A stretch of 32,836 bases of DNA, taken from assembly GCA_000002435.2 (NCBI GenBank), contig AACB03000007.1; one strand, 5' to 3'. Positions 1 through 8,387 of this stretch are shown piece after piece. The position numbers and the translations under genes were made by a program. Every line of letters begins with the position of its first letter. The first letter of the stretch is position 1. The notes beneath the pieces are model-generated. The model had not been told where the DNA came from. It did no database searches and saw only the letters and a list, made by a program, of their open reading frames with translations. Origin of the DNA: Giardia intestinalis. Lineage: Eukaryota.

Positions 1-2677
1 TTTGTACATTTTCCTCCCTGCACTGTAGTACACACTTGCTTGCCAGGCTGTCATCTGTCTGATAGCAACCGCCATCTTTGAGGAGAGTATTTTCACATTG
101 AGTGCATGCTCCATTACTCACCGTAGTGCAAAATCGTGTTCGCGTATTGGCCGCACAGTTGCCATCCAGTGGTGCCTGTTGAGTGTTCTTGCACTTTGAG
201 CAGTATGCAGTTCCTCCTATCTGAGCCCCCACTCTGCGCATCCATCGTTTGTAGAACTCACGCTGCACTGGTTCATGCACGTGCCCCATTGGCAGGAGTA
301 TCAGCATCTGTATACTGAAGCATCCTCCAGCAGGACAAGCCGTACACTTATCAGCGCCCTCACCCTTGCACTCTACGCACGCATCGTTGCACTTCTTGCA
401 CTTTCTGTCAGTGTCATTTCCGTAGTAGCCCTTGAGGGTCGTGCAGTCAGATACGCATTGACTGGTTGGGGTGAGGTAGTACTCAGACAGACACTTTGTA
501 CAGACCTCCTTATCGGCACCTTCACTGGTGCACTCCAAACAGTGCTCTGTGTTACAGTTACTGATTGGTTGGCATTCAGTCGATTCAGTATTAGGTTGGA
601 GTCCTTCGTTGCACTCGCACACTTGGCTATCCTGTCCGGTGGCCTTGGGGGTAGAGTTAGCAGGGCAACTAGCAACGCACGACTTTCTGTTGAGACCAAA
701 GATGGTCTTCGTATCAGTCGTACACGTCTTACAAACCACTCCGTTGGCGCCTTTCTCACAAGTGGTGCAGTCAGTTGTTCCAGCCGACACACATGTATTG
801 CACTCCTTTGCTTCTTCATCAACGTAGTGGGTTGCCGGACAACCAGCTGTGTCAACGCACGTGCCGGTTGTGGACTCGCCATCCTTCTTCAGGTACTTCT
901 TGGTCCCAGACGTTTTACACAGGCTGCACTTCTGTTGCTCCTTGGCCACGCACACAGCGCAATTATCATCTGCACACGCGGTGCACTTCTTCTCGGTAGC
1001 GTCGATGAAGAAGCCCTCCTCATTAGTACACGCCTCTGCGCTAACACAGCTGGGTGCATCGCCAGCTTTAAAGTAGAATCCATCAACACACTCCCCACAT
1101 ATATTGTCCACCACACAGCTCTTGCAATCACCCACAGAGCATGTCACACACCCACTACCACCCTTGTTGGGCTTCTTACCACTGTCACAGGCAGTACACA
1201 CAGCGACAGTCATACCAGCTGTTGTTAGAGCTGTCGGGGCTGTGCACTGAGAGCAGCCATCTACTCCCACGTATGCCTTAGCGGTACCTTGAGGATCTAC
1301 TAGTGTGCCTAGGGGGTTACTACATGCCAACACGGACTGCTGAGCATTGGATGCCCCTGGTACCAGGAAGTACTTATTATTCTCATTAACAGCGGTACAG
1401 ACACCGTTGGCTGCTGTCTTGCACATGGACTTACCCGGCTGAGTTGACACACTATAACAACCACCCATGTATAGGAAGTATCCCGTAGTACATGATGTAC
1501 ATATATGATTATCACAAGTATTCCCATTCTTTTGACCACTATCAACACACTTCCCATCAATTGGTATCTTATTGGTCTCTCCACAGTAGGAACAGTAGTG
1601 CTTTGTGGTGCCCTGATCATCAATTATCATGGCATCACAAGCACCAGAGGTACCCCCGCAGGCAGTATCATCCTCACAGGTTTTGGTACATGTAACAGGA
1701 CTGGTACCGCTCTGCTTGTAGTTCGCTTTACAGCCAGTACACTTGAAAGTACTGGCCTCCTTTGTACACTCAGCACACCCATCGATGCCCCCATTGTTTG
1801 TGTCACTACATGAGATGCACTTTCCTGCCGGTTTTGCAACCTCAACGAGGAAGAACCCTGCCTTACAGGTCAGGCACTTATCCTCAGCAGTTTCAGCTGA
1901 GCATGTGGCACAGTTGGCGTGACAGGGGGTGCATGTTACTGAACCAACTCCGGTACTTTTGTATCCCTCCAGGCATTCTGTGCAAGTTGGATTAGCACTC
2001 GCTGTCTTCATGCAAGCCTTACAGCCAGCAATGCCTTTGTTCTTTTGTTCTGGATCCGACGCTGCGGGATCACTGCACAAACGACACACGTTGTCTTCGG
2101 TCATAAAGAGACCGTTATCAGCTCCTTGACACCCGGCGTAGTTCTTCGCCACGCAGGTCGAGGTTCCATCAAGGGTCGTCCTGGGGATCTTACTGTTATC
2201 ACAAGCTGTGCACTTCGGCTTCTTGGTAGTCGAATCAACTTCACACTGGGTACATGCTTGATCTATCGTGTTGCAGTCCCTACAAGTTCCCGACTCTGGG
2301 TCAGCATAAGTGTTTCCAGTGCACTCATTACTATTCACGCATGCATTATCCTTCAGGAACGTATTTCCCTTACAAGAGGTACACTGGGTCGCCGACGTCT
2401 CACAGGTCAGGCAAGAGTCGTTGCACTTCTCACATGCGCCGTTACTATTTAGAAAGTATCCCTCTGTGCATGCAGTACACGTGGCAGCCCCCTTGTTACT
2501 GTCTGGCGCTGTGCATGTGGCGCAGCTCTCCACTCCCTTATATCCATTCGCTCCTGTGGCATCATGACAGAGTATGCACTCCCCACCAGGGGTCACCTTG
2601 TCTGCCCCATTCTGGAATATGTACTGACTATCTGTATTACAAGCAGTGCACAGTCCTCCCTCAGCCTTTGTGCATAT
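1..2677 (-). CDS. Unit 1: partial long-type VSP. Its 3' end runs off the window start and its 5' end is at 2677. It is the paralog of the 1022-aa unit at 10272..13340.
   Basis: Nucleotides 1..2677 align almost base-for-base with 10654..13337. The start is the same ICTKAEGGLCTAC (ATA TGC ACA AAG GCT GAG.. on the minus strand, plus 2669-2677). Relative to both other long copies there is a 3-nt deletion near 88-95 and a 1-nt deletion near 52 (gtcatctg versus gtctatctg). This gives a frameshift in the last ~50 nt of the window. The second GGCY module (KDGGCYQTDRQPG) is encoded near 60-100. Confidence 0.7.
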   Translation of the reverse strand, partial: MCTKAEGGLCTACNTDSQYIFQNGADKVTPGGECILCHDATGANGYKGVESCATCTAPDSNKGAATCTACTEGYFLNSNGACEKCNDSCLTCETSATQCTSCKGNTFLKDNACVNSNECTGNTYADPESGTCRDCNTIDQACTQCEVDSTTKKPKCTACDNSKIPRTTLDGTSTCVAKNYAGCQGADNGLFMTEDNVCRLCSDPAASDPEQKNKGIAGCKACMKTASANPTCTECLEGYKSTGVGSVTCTPCHANCATCSAETAEDKCLTCKAGFFLVEVAKPAGKCISCSDTNNGGIDGCAECTKEASTFKCTGCKANYKQSGTSPVTCTKTCEDDTACGGTSGACDAMIIDDQGTTKHYCSYCGETNKIPIDGKCVDSGQKNGNTCDNHICTSCTTGYFLYMGGCYSVSTQPGKSMCKTAANGVCTAVNENNKYFLVPGASNAQQSVLACSNPLGTLVDPQGTAKAYVGVDGCSQCTAPTALTTAGMTVAVCTACDSGKKPNKGGSGCVTCSVGDCKSCVVDNICGECVDGFYFKAGDAPSCVSAEACTNEEGFFIDATEKKCTACADDNCAVCVAKEQQKCSLCKTSGTKKYLKKDGESTTGTCVDTAGCPATHYVDEEAKECNTCVSAGTTDCTTCEKGANGVVCKTCTTDTKTIFGLNRKSCVASCPANSTPKATGQDSQVCECNEGLQPNTESTECQPISNCNTEHCLECTSEGADKEVCTKCLSEYYLTPTSQCVSDCTTLKGYYGNDTDRKCKKCNDACVECKGEGADKCTACPAGGCFSIQMLILLPMGHVHEPVQREFYKRWMRRVGAQIGGTAYCSKCKNTQQAPLDGNCAANTRTRFCTTVSNGACTQCENTLLKDGGCYQTDDSLASKCVLQCREENVQ

Positions 2678-2737
2678 CTCACTCCACTATCATACTATCA
2701 CCCTCTATCACACATTGTACAGCATTCACTACCCAAG
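2678..2737 (-). promoter_or_regulatory. Inter-VSP spacer (60 nt) with a poly(A) signal AGTGAAT at 2724..2730 and a CACTATCA-type tract.
   Basis: The minus strand reads TGA CTTGGGT AGTGAAT GCTGTACAATGTGTGATAGAGGGTGATAGTATGATAGTGGAGTGAG then ATA TGC. AGTGAAT matches the Giardia AGTRAAY poly(A) signal 7 nt after the stop. Confidence 0.7.
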
Positions 2738-4585
2738 TCACGCCTTCCCCCTGCACACGAACCACCAGCAGAGGAAGCCCACGAGGCCCCCCACGACAGC
2801 GATGACAGCGACGGAGATCCCTGCTATGGCACCAGTACTGAGGCCGCTTCTGTTGCCCCCGCTGGGCTTGGTGGACACGCACGCCTCACCCTCCAGCCTG
2901 TAGTCGTCCCCACACTGGCCGCACTTGTTCTCCTCGCTGCACCTGACGCACCCGTCGATATTGCAGGCGATGCACTTCGTTCCGTCTGTGTTCGGCCTCT
3001 GGTCTTTACTGGTACAGGCCTCGCACTTATCGCCTGCTCCACAGTGCGAGCATCCGTCAACGGTACATGCGAAGCACCCGCTCCCAGCCAGGTTGGGCTT
3101 GTTGTTGTTGGTACACGCTGTACACACAGCAGCAGTCATACCAGTCTCAGATGGAGCTGCTGGGGCCGTACATGCCGAACAGCCATCTACCCCCACATAT
3201 GCCTTAGAGGTATCACCAGTGCCTACTAGTGTGCCAAGGGAGTTGCTACATGCTAATACAGACTGATTCTGATTGGTTGCCCCAGGGACTATGAAGTACC
3301 TATTGTTGGCATTAACAGCAGTACAGACACCGTTGGCTGCTGTCTTGCACATATGTTGTCCAGGTACTGTATCAACCTTGTAACAACCTCCCATATACAA
3401 GAAGTAGTTGTTAGTGCATTGTGTACATACACCTTGATCACATTGATTATTTGCTTTAGCACTATTACACTTCCCATCTATAGGATACGTATTAGCTTCT
3501 CCACAGTATGAGCAATAATGATGCTCTACACCCTTATCATCAATCACTATTGCATCGCAGGCACCAGAAGTTCCTCCACAGGCAGTATCATCTTCACAGA
3601 TCTTGGTGCATGTGACAGAGCCAGTACTGCCCTCCTTGCGATAGTTAGGCTTACAGTCAGTGCACTTGAAAGCACCGTTGTTAGAGCAGACACTGCAGCC
3701 TTCGCGACCCTTATCGTCTACGCTATCGCATGGGACGCACTTCTTCCCCTGTTGATCTGTAGTAGTTACTAAGAAGTATCCAGTCTTGCAGGTTTCACAC
3801 TTATTTGGATCACCAGCAACAGAGCATGTGGCACAGTTATCACCACACTTGTCTGTACATGTACTAGTACCACTATCAAAGAAGTATCCATCGAGACAGG
3901 CTGAGCAGGTTGGATTGTCACTTCCTGTTTTCGTACATGTCTTGCAGTTGGCCTTTCCTTCGTTACCAAGAGTTGAATCTGTCACATCACTACAAAGAGC
4001 ACACGTTTTGTCCTCCTTCATAAATAAGGCCTCGTCAGCGCCCTCGCATCCTTCAAGCGTCTTCGCCACGCAGGTCGATGTCCCGTCGAGGGCCGTCCTG
4101 GGGGTCTTATTGGTCCCGCAGTTAGTGCACTTTGGCTTCCCCGTGGCCTTGTCGAAGGAGCATGCCGTGCACTCTGCGTGTATCGTACTACATGCCTTGC
4201 ATGTTCCCGACTCCGGGTCAGCATACTTATCATTACCACAGCTATCAGTACATTGATTCCCATTGAGGTACTTCCCCTCTGGACACGATGTGCACTGGGT
4301 CGCCGATGTCTCACAGGTGGCACAGTTCCCCTCGCATGGCTTACAAAGCTTGTTGTTTAGGAAGTACCCCTCTTGACAGGTATTACACGTGGCAGGTCCT
4401 GCATTCCCTGGTGCCGTACACTTGAGACAGTTGGCCACTCCCGTATATCCATTCGCTCCCTTGATATCAGAGCACAGGATGCACTCACTACCAGGGGTCA
4501 CCTTGTCTGCCCTGTTCTGGAATATGTACTTGTTATCTGTCTTACAAGCAGTGCACAGTCCATTACTGGCCTTTGTACATATCAC
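2738..4585 (-). CDS. Unit 2: VSP paralog (615 codons, type a). The frame is intact, but there is no ATG and no signal peptide.
   Basis: ORF 2738..4585 ends in ..[17 protein letters not shown] then TGA. It contains a YMGGCY motif and many CXXC pairs. Its first codon is GTG (plus 4583-4585 is cac). An in-frame TAG lies 3 codons upstream. The N-terminus is ICTKASNGLCTACK. Confidence 0.85.
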   Translation of the reverse strand: MICTKASNGLCTACKTDNKYIFQNRADKVTPGSECILCSDIKGANGYTGVANCLKCTAPGNAGPATCNTCQEGYFLNNKLCKPCEGNCATCETSATQCTSCPEGKYLNGNQCTDSCGNDKYADPESGTCKACSTIHAECTACSFDKATGKPKCTNCGTNKTPRTALDGTSTCVAKTLEGCEGADEALFMKEDKTCALCSDVTDSTLGNEGKANCKTCTKTGSDNPTCSACLDGYFFDSGTSTCTDKCGDNCATCSVAGDPNKCETCKTGYFLVTTTDQQGKKCVPCDSVDDKGREGCSVCSNNGAFKCTDCKPNYRKEGSTGSVTCTKICEDDTACGGTSGACDAIVIDDKGVEHHYCSYCGEANTYPIDGKCNSAKANNQCDQGVCTQCTNNYFLYMGGCYKVDTVPGQHMCKTAANGVCTAVNANNRYFIVPGATNQNQSVLACSNSLGTLVGTGDTSKAYVGVDGCSACTAPAAPSETGMTAAVCTACTNNNKPNLAGSGCFACTVDGCSHCGAGDKCEACTSKDQRPNTDGTKCIACNIDGCVRCSEENKCGQCGDDYRLEGEACVSTKPSGGNRSGLSTGAIAGISVAVIAVVGGLVGFLCWWFVCRGKA

Positions 4586-4642
4586 ACTCCACTATCATAC
4601 TATCACCCTCTATCACACATTGTACAGCATTCACTACCCAAG
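4586..4642 (-). promoter_or_regulatory. Inter-VSP spacer (57 nt) with a poly(A) signal at 4629..4635.
   Basis: It has the same architecture. The plus strand is atcacactccactatcatactatcaccctctatcacacattgtacagcattcactacccaag. Confidence 0.7.
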
Positions 4643-6508
4643 TCACGCCTTCCCTCTACATATGAACCACCAGCAGAGGAAGCCCACGAGGCCCCCCACG
4701 ACAGCGACCACAGCGACGGAGATCCCCGCGATGGCCCCCGTGGAGAGCCCGCTCCTGTTGGTGCCAGAGGACACACACATGCCATCCCTCGGGACATAGC
4801 CCTCCTCGCACTCCCCGCAGACGCCCTCTGCGCTGCACCGCATGCACCTCTCTATGTCACAGACAATGCACTGGGTGCCGTCCAGGCTGGGTCTCTGGTC
4901 TTTATTGGTACATGCCTCACACTTGTTGTCTGCGCTGCAGTGAGAGCAGCCCTGGGCCGGACACACATAGCAGGTGCTTCCAGCCATGTTGGGCTTCTTA
5001 TTGTCCTCAGCACACACCTCGCACATCCCGTCGATGGCGCAGCTCTTGCACCCGCCGACCGCACACAGGGTGCACCCGCTGCCATCCTTGTTGGGCTTCT
5101 TCGTCTTGTCGCACGCACTACAGACCGCCGCGGCCATCGCATTGGCGGCTGGCGCCTGCGGGGCCGCGCACGCCGTGCAGTCTAGCACGCCGACGTACGC
5201 CTTGTCGCCCGCGGTCGCTCCCACAGGGTTGCCACAGGCAAGCACGGACTGCTGAGCAGCAGAGTCCCCGGGAATCTTGAAGTAGCGCCCGACCGGTGTG
5301 GTGCAGAACCCACTTGGAGCCGCAGAGCACATGAGGTTGCCAGGAGCCTTCGACACATCATAGCAACCACCCATATAGAGGAAGTAGTTGTTGGTGCACC
5401 GCGTACATACGCCATCGGCGCAGGTATTACCTGCAAGTGCATTGGTGCACTTCCCATTAATAGGGCCATAGCCGGCGCCAACACACTTTGAACAGTAAGA
5501 GAGCATGCTGCCGTCGTTGCCGACCACGATGGCGTCGCAGGCCCCTGCTGTCCCTCCACATGCAGTCTCATCTTCACAGGTCTTTGTACATGTGAGGTCG
5601 CTAGGTTCTCCGCTGGGTCTGTAGTTGGGCTTACATTCAGTGCATTTGAGGGACCCCACGCCGCCTGTGCACTCGGCACAGCCTGGAATCCCACTTGTCT
5701 CGTCATCACAGAGAACGCATGTCTTAGGCGGGCCATCCTTAAGGAAGTACCCCGGCATGCATCTTGTACATGTGTTGATTTGACCCGCTGTTCCGCACTC
5801 TGCGCAGTTTCCTGTGCAGGCCTCGCAGGCGTTTCCGTTGACTTTATACCCGTCGACACAAGCCTCGCAGGTGCCTTTTGCGGTGCACAGCTTGCAGTTC
5901 TGGACTCCGCCCTTACCATTGTCGCCGCACTGCACGCACTTCGAGGCGTCGTAGAAGTGCGTCTTGCCCACTTTGCACTCGGCCTCATCAACACAGGTCG
6001 TTGTCCCATCCAGCTCGTCTCTGACCGTCTTACTACCGCAGTCGGTGCACTTCGGCTTTCCCGTGGCGTCGTCGTATGCACACGCGGTGCATCCTTGTAT
6101 CTCACTGCAGGCCTTACAGGTCCAGGTCTTCTTGTCCGCATAGTTACCATTGTCACATCCACCAGCATCTACACAAGTGTTACCATCCTTCAGGTACTTC
6201 CCCTCAACGCAGGCGGTACACTGAGTCGGAGTATCAGCTGAGCAAGCAGAGCAGCCGTCTCCGCACTTCACACATGCACTGTCCTTCGTAACGAACCCTG
6301 CTTGACACTCTGTACACGTGGCCGGTCCGCTAGTGCCCGTGTGGGAGCATTCTGAGCATCCAGCGACTCCCATGACCCCGTTTCTATCTGTCGTATCAGA
6401 GCACAGTATGCACTCACTACCCTTCTCTGGTGTTGCAGCCGGGTTCTTGAACAGGCCGTTATCTGCCTTACAAGCAGTGCACAGTCCTCCCTCAGCCTTT
6501 GTGCATAT
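4643..6508 (-). CDS. Unit 3: VSP paralog (type b, about 621 codons measured from ICTKAEGG). It has an in-frame ATG at 6371-6373 (MGVAGCSECSH) 45 codons into the unit.
   Basis: ORF 4643..6373 ends in ..WWFICRGKA then stop. The frame stays open upstream to 6508 (ICTKAEGGLCTACKADNGLFKNPAATPEKGSECILCSDTTDRNGV-MGVAG..). It contains a GGCY motif. The C-terminal module is ..CDKTKKPNKDGSGCTLCAVGGCKSC... Confidence 0.85.
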   Translation of the reverse strand: MCTKAEGGLCTACKADNGLFKNPAATPEKGSECILCSDTTDRNGVMGVAGCSECSHTGTSGPATCTECQAGFVTKDSACVKCGDGCSACSADTPTQCTACVEGKYLKDGNTCVDAGGCDNGNYADKKTWTCKACSEIQGCTACAYDDATGKPKCTDCGSKTVRDELDGTTTCVDEAECKVGKTHFYDASKCVQCGDNGKGGVQNCKLCTAKGTCEACVDGYKVNGNACEACTGNCAECGTAGQINTCTRCMPGYFLKDGPPKTCVLCDDETSGIPGCAECTGGVGSLKCTECKPNYRPSGEPSDLTCTKTCEDETACGGTAGACDAIVVGNDGSMLSYCSKCVGAGYGPINGKCTNALAGNTCADGVCTRCTNNYFLYMGGCYDVSKAPGNLMCSAAPSGFCTTPVGRYFKIPGDSAAQQSVLACGNPVGATAGDKAYVGVLDCTACAAPQAPAANAMAAAVCSACDKTKKPNKDGSGCTLCAVGGCKSCAIDGMCEVCAEDNKKPNMAGSTCYVCPAQGCSHCSADNKCEACTNKDQRPSLDGTQCIVCDIERCMRCSAEGVCGECEEGYVPRDGMCVSSGTNRSGLSTGAIAGISVAVVAVVGGLVGFLCWWFICRGKA

Positions 6509-6568
6509 CTCACTCCACTATCATACTATCACCCTCTATCACACATTGTACAGCATTCACTACCCAAG
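6509..6568 (-). promoter_or_regulatory. Inter-VSP spacer (60 nt) with a poly(A) signal at 6555..6561.
   Basis: Same conserved spacer. Confidence 0.7.
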
Positions 6569-8320
6569 TCACGCCTTCCCCCTGCACACGAACCACCAGC
6601 AGAGGAAGCCCACGAGGCCCCCCACGACAGCGATGACAGCGACGGAGATCCCCGCGATGGCCCCCGTGGAGAGCCCGCCCCTGTTGGTACTCATAGACAC
6701 ACAGGAGGTCCCACTGCTGTCTAGACTGTACCCATCAACACACTCCCCACACACATCATCCACCACACAGCTCTTGCAGTCACTCACAGAGCACAGCACA
6801 CACCCACTACCATCCCTGTTGGGCTTCTTACTACTGTCACAAGAGGTACACACAGCGACAGTCATACCAGCCCCAGTCAGAGCTGCTGGGGCTGTACACT
6901 GCGAACAGCCATCCACCCCCACATATGCCTTAGAGGTATCACCAGTGCCTACTAGTGTGCCAAGGGAGTTGCTACATGCCAATACAGACTGATTCTGATT
7001 GGTTGCCCCAGGGACTATGAAGTACCTATTGTTGGCATTAACAGCGGTACAGACACCGTTGGCTGCTGTCTTGCACATATGTTGTCCAGGTACTGTATCA
7101 ACCTTGTAACAACCTCCCATATACAAGAAGTAGTTGTTAGTGCATTGTGTACATACACCTTGATCACATTGATTATTTGCTTTAGCACTATTACACTTCC
7201 CATCTATAGGATACGTATTAGCTTCTCCACAGTATGAGCAATAATGATGCTCTACACCCTTATCATCAATCACTATTGCATCGCAGGCACCAGAAGTTCC
7301 TCCACAGGCAGTATCATCTTCACAGATCTTGGTGCATGTGACAGAGCCAGTACTGCCCTCCTTGCGATAGTTAGGCTTACAGTCAGTGCACTTGAAAGCA
7401 CCGTTGTTAGAGCAGACACTGCAGCCTTCGCGACCCTTATCGTCTACGCTATCGCATGGGACGCACTTCTTCCCCTGTTGATCTGTAGTAGTTACTAAGA
7501 AGTATCCAGTCTTGCAGGTTTCACACTTATTTGGATCACCAGCAACAGAGCATGTGGCACAGTTATCACCACACTTGTCTGTACATGTACTAGTACCACT
7601 ATCAAAGAAGTATCCATCGAGACAGGCTGAGCAGGTTGGATTGTCACTTCCTGTTTTCGTACATGTCTTGCAGTTGGCCTTTCCTTCGTTACCAAGAGTT
7701 GAATCTGTCACATCACTACAAAGAGCACACGTTTTGTCCTCCTTCATAAATAAGGCCTCGTCAGCGCCCTCGCATCCTTCAAGCGTCTTCGCCACGCAGG
7801 TCGATGTCCCGTCGAGGGCCGTCCTGGGGGTCTTATTGGTCCCGCAGTTAGTGCACTTCGGCTTCCCCGTGGCCTTGTCGAAGGAGCATGCCGTGCACTC
7901 TGCGTGTATCGTACTACATGCCTTGCATGTTCCCGACTCCGGGTCAGCATAAGTGTTTCCATCGCATCCAGTATCTTGTACACATTGATTACTCTTCAGG
8001 TACTTCCCCTCTGGGCACGATGTACAATGATTCTGACCACTTCCATCGCAGGTCAGACAAGCTTCATTACATTTGACACATGTCTGAGAGTTCTTGTAGT
8101 ATCCATCTTGGCACTCTGTACACGTGGCAGGTCCTGGACTACTGTCTGACTTGGTACACTGTGCGCAGTTAGCCACCCCTGTATATCCATCTGCCCCATT
8201 GACATCATGACAGAGGATGCACTCACTACCAGGCTTCTGAGGTGTAACTGGGTTCTTGAACAGGCCGTTAGCTGTCTTACAAGCAGTGCACACTCCATCA
8301 CTGGCTGCTGTGCATATCAC
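6569..8320 (-). CDS. Unit 4: VSP paralog (583 codons, type c). It is intact and has no ATG.
   Basis: The ORF ends CRGKA then stop. Its start is GTG (8318-8320 cac) preceded by an in-frame TAG. The N-terminus is ICTAASDGVCTACKTANGLFKNPVTPQKPGSECILCHDVNG. The central ~430 aa are identical to unit 2. The C-terminal module is CDSSKKPNRDGSGCVLCSVSDCKSCVVDDVCGECVDGYSLDSSGTSCVSMSTNRGG. Confidence 0.85.
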   Translation of the reverse strand: MICTAASDGVCTACKTANGLFKNPVTPQKPGSECILCHDVNGADGYTGVANCAQCTKSDSSPGPATCTECQDGYYKNSQTCVKCNEACLTCDGSGQNHCTSCPEGKYLKSNQCVQDTGCDGNTYADPESGTCKACSTIHAECTACSFDKATGKPKCTNCGTNKTPRTALDGTSTCVAKTLEGCEGADEALFMKEDKTCALCSDVTDSTLGNEGKANCKTCTKTGSDNPTCSACLDGYFFDSGTSTCTDKCGDNCATCSVAGDPNKCETCKTGYFLVTTTDQQGKKCVPCDSVDDKGREGCSVCSNNGAFKCTDCKPNYRKEGSTGSVTCTKICEDDTACGGTSGACDAIVIDDKGVEHHYCSYCGEANTYPIDGKCNSAKANNQCDQGVCTQCTNNYFLYMGGCYKVDTVPGQHMCKTAANGVCTAVNANNRYFIVPGATNQNQSVLACSNSLGTLVGTGDTSKAYVGVDGCSQCTAPAALTGAGMTVAVCTSCDSSKKPNRDGSGCVLCSVSDCKSCVVDDVCGECVDGYSLDSSGTSCVSMSTNRGGLSTGAIAGISVAVIAVVGGLVGFLCWWFVCRGKA

Positions 8321-8387
8321 ACTCCACTATCACACATTATCACACTATCACCTTCTATCACACATTGTACAGCATTCACTACCTAAG
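8321..8387 (-). promoter_or_regulatory. Inter-VSP spacer (67 nt) with a poly(A) signal at 8374..8380. It carries an extra cacacattat insertion.
   Basis: The minus strand reads TGA CTTAGGT AGTGAAT. This is an exact match to the extended VSP 3' motif remembered as ACTYAGRTAGTRAAY. The CACTATCA tract is longer here. Confidence 0.7.

Noticed and set aside
373-882. Alternative-frame minus-strand ORFs (MASPQPARALTQ.. at 373..882, 11033..11542 and 21584..22093; MMIRAPQSTTVP.. at 1309..1623 and 11969..12283; MPPVRHRRPSAH.. and others).
   Set aside because: They are out-of-frame overlaps of the VSP reading frame. They are conserved between copies only because the DNA is duplicated.
275-1228. Plus-strand ORFs of 60-363 aa throughout the window (for example 275..1228, 2564..3229, 4373..5185, 9654..10457, 24553..25188, 30885..31976).
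   Set aside because: They are antisense to the VSP units. They are low-complexity and rich in Pro/Ser/His/Leu/Thr. They recur only because the underlying VSP sequence recurs. Their openness follows from the scarcity of TTA, CTA and TCA codons on the sense strand. They have no family signature.
2665-2679. A small ORF ATG CAC AAA GGC TGA (MHKG then stop, or the MYKGQ-stop variant) overlapping the first codons of each unit in the +1 frame.
   Set aside because: It is 4-5 codons long and changes with the unit subtype. It arises from ATATGCACAAAGGC, which encodes ICTKA. There is no evidence that it functions as a uORF.
2678-2737. The spacer as a cis-intron or trans-splicing acceptor that would join a remote signal-peptide exon to ICTKA.
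   Set aside because: There is no Giardia-type splice consensus (GTATGT 5' site, CTRAC branch fused to ACACAG 3' site). An AG dinucleotide precedes ATA, but that is not sufficient evidence. The idea is kept only as a test under the leaderless-cassette finding.
2738-4585. A prokaryotic reading of the ORF track's Met starts (GTG or TTG initiation, operon-like array).
   Set aside because: The CRGKA tail, the GGCY motif and the AGTRAAY poly(A) signal identify Giardia VSP genes. The 'M' residues are GTG or TTG codons (for example plus 4583-4585 is cac). The ORF finder translated these as starts, and they are not real initiators in this eukaryote.
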